Shown here piece after piece: positions 62,840 through 64,000 of a stretch of 64,000 nucleotides of DNA. Position numbers and translations under genes: made by a program. The notes below the pieces were generated by a model. It searched no databases and was not told the DNA's origin. It saw only the letters and a list, made by a program, of their open reading frames with translations. Every line of letters begins with the position of its first letter. The stretch's first letter is position 1. The stretch is from Mustelus asterias (taxonomy: Eukaryota): the NCBI RefSeq assembly GCF_964213995.1, contig NC_135808.1, positions 20,522,001 through 20,586,000 of the forward strand, given 5' to 3'.

Positions 62840-64000
62840 CTGCAAAACAAGTTAGAAACATAAATCAATGAGGTAAATCTCCTCTGTAACTGCACATGGT
62901 GAGTCTAAGATTACACCATTTATAGTAATGGCAGTCTATGTTTGAAAAAAGCATTACAAGTATCAGTGTTGTCTATTGGAAATGTTGCTAGATATACGAT
63001 GTCTCACAACTATATCTATTGTACTGTTTAGCCAATCCAGAATACTACAGTGCAGAAGTGGCCCTTCGGCCCAGAGTCTGTACCAACCAATATGAGACCC
63101 TGACCTGCCCACCTTATCCACTTGCCAGCACTTGGCCCATGGCCTTGCATGTTATGGCGTGCCAAGTTCTCACCCAGATACTTTTTAAAGGATGCAAGGC
63201 ATGTGGATATGGATGTGAATCAGGTTTTTCTTAGTTTGTGACACTAGATGGTGTTCAGGATTGGGTCTGCATGCAATCACTGAAGCTAAAGTCACAGGAT
63301 TCTAGAGGAAGGAAAGTTTTGGGGGTCCCGGGAGGAGGGAAGTCATGGTTGTTTTCAGTCGGGGATTGGGGACTGGGCAGAGAGGCAGGGGATAGGGAGG
63401 TCAAGCAGTTACTGGAATGTAAATGGAGGGCACTCAAACTTAAAAGGGAACTTCTGATGGAGGTAATCCCCTTTCCATACGAGACCTAAACCCAATTATT
63501 TTCCAGTCTCTTCCATGTGCAGGAACTCTTCCCGCCAAAATGGTGAGAAATGACTCTCAAATGGTCAATAATTCGATTCCCGGCTTGGGTCACTGTCTGT
63601 GTGGAGTTTGCACATTCTCCCCGTGTCTGCATGGGTTTCCTCCGGGTGTTCCAGTTTCCTCCCACAGTCCAAAGATGTGCAGGTTAGATGAATTGGCCAT
63701 GCTAAATTGACCCTAGTTTCGGGGGGGATTAGCAGGGTAAATATGTAGGGTTACAGGGATAGGGCGGGATTGTTGTTGGTGCAGGCTCGAATGGTCTCCT
63801 TCTGTACTGTAGGGGTTCTATGAATAATTTGTCAGTTAAAGGCCTTAATTGTTGAAAGATCAGTCCTTGCCTATCCCACTTTTAACTGTTGGGAGGATGG
63901 GGCAGTGGGAAACCAATCGGGAGCAAGCACATCCATGCTATTTCACACTCACCTGCGTGACTTGTGACCCCCATCGTGCCTCATTTCAACTCTTAGGCAA

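Noticed and set aside
63953-64000. Strong minus-strand donor CAG|gtgagt as the TM exon of gene C
   Set aside because: The required phase-1 frame contains stops (leaving only MGVTSHA) and is not hydrophobic. It cannot be evaluated at the window edge.

Overview
Eukaryotic, intron-rich DNA from a cartilaginous fish, judged from HE1-type V-SINEs, Deu-type SINEs, CR1 LINEs and Penelope fragments. Nearly all ORFs in the supplied track are transposon debris. The real genes had to be assembled by hand from splice sites and form an immune-receptor cluster. Gene A (minus strand, 6267 to <1) and gene B (plus strand, 12768-23924) are head-to-head NCR3/NKp30-like genes with germline-joined VJ-type Ig domains. 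Each has one 43-nt leader coding exon and two tandemly duplicated V exons, and they flank a candidate RUNX-ETS-RUNX bidirectional promoter at about 10.2-10.3 kb. Gene B is complete: leader, V1, V2, an Arg-containing transmembrane exon and a Tyr-free tail, which fits an activating-type receptor. Gene C (minus strand, >62839 to 43944) is the 3' part of a third, convergent gene. Nine small exons splice in frame into a ~155-aa tail with YTPM, PPPPP, an ITIM-consensus VQYATI and YDEL. Its ectodomain lies beyond the window, so a paired activating/inhibitory receptor system is an inference. A near-full-length but disabled CR1 lies at about 34.1-38.5 kb. No database searches were run, and repeat boundaries are approximate.
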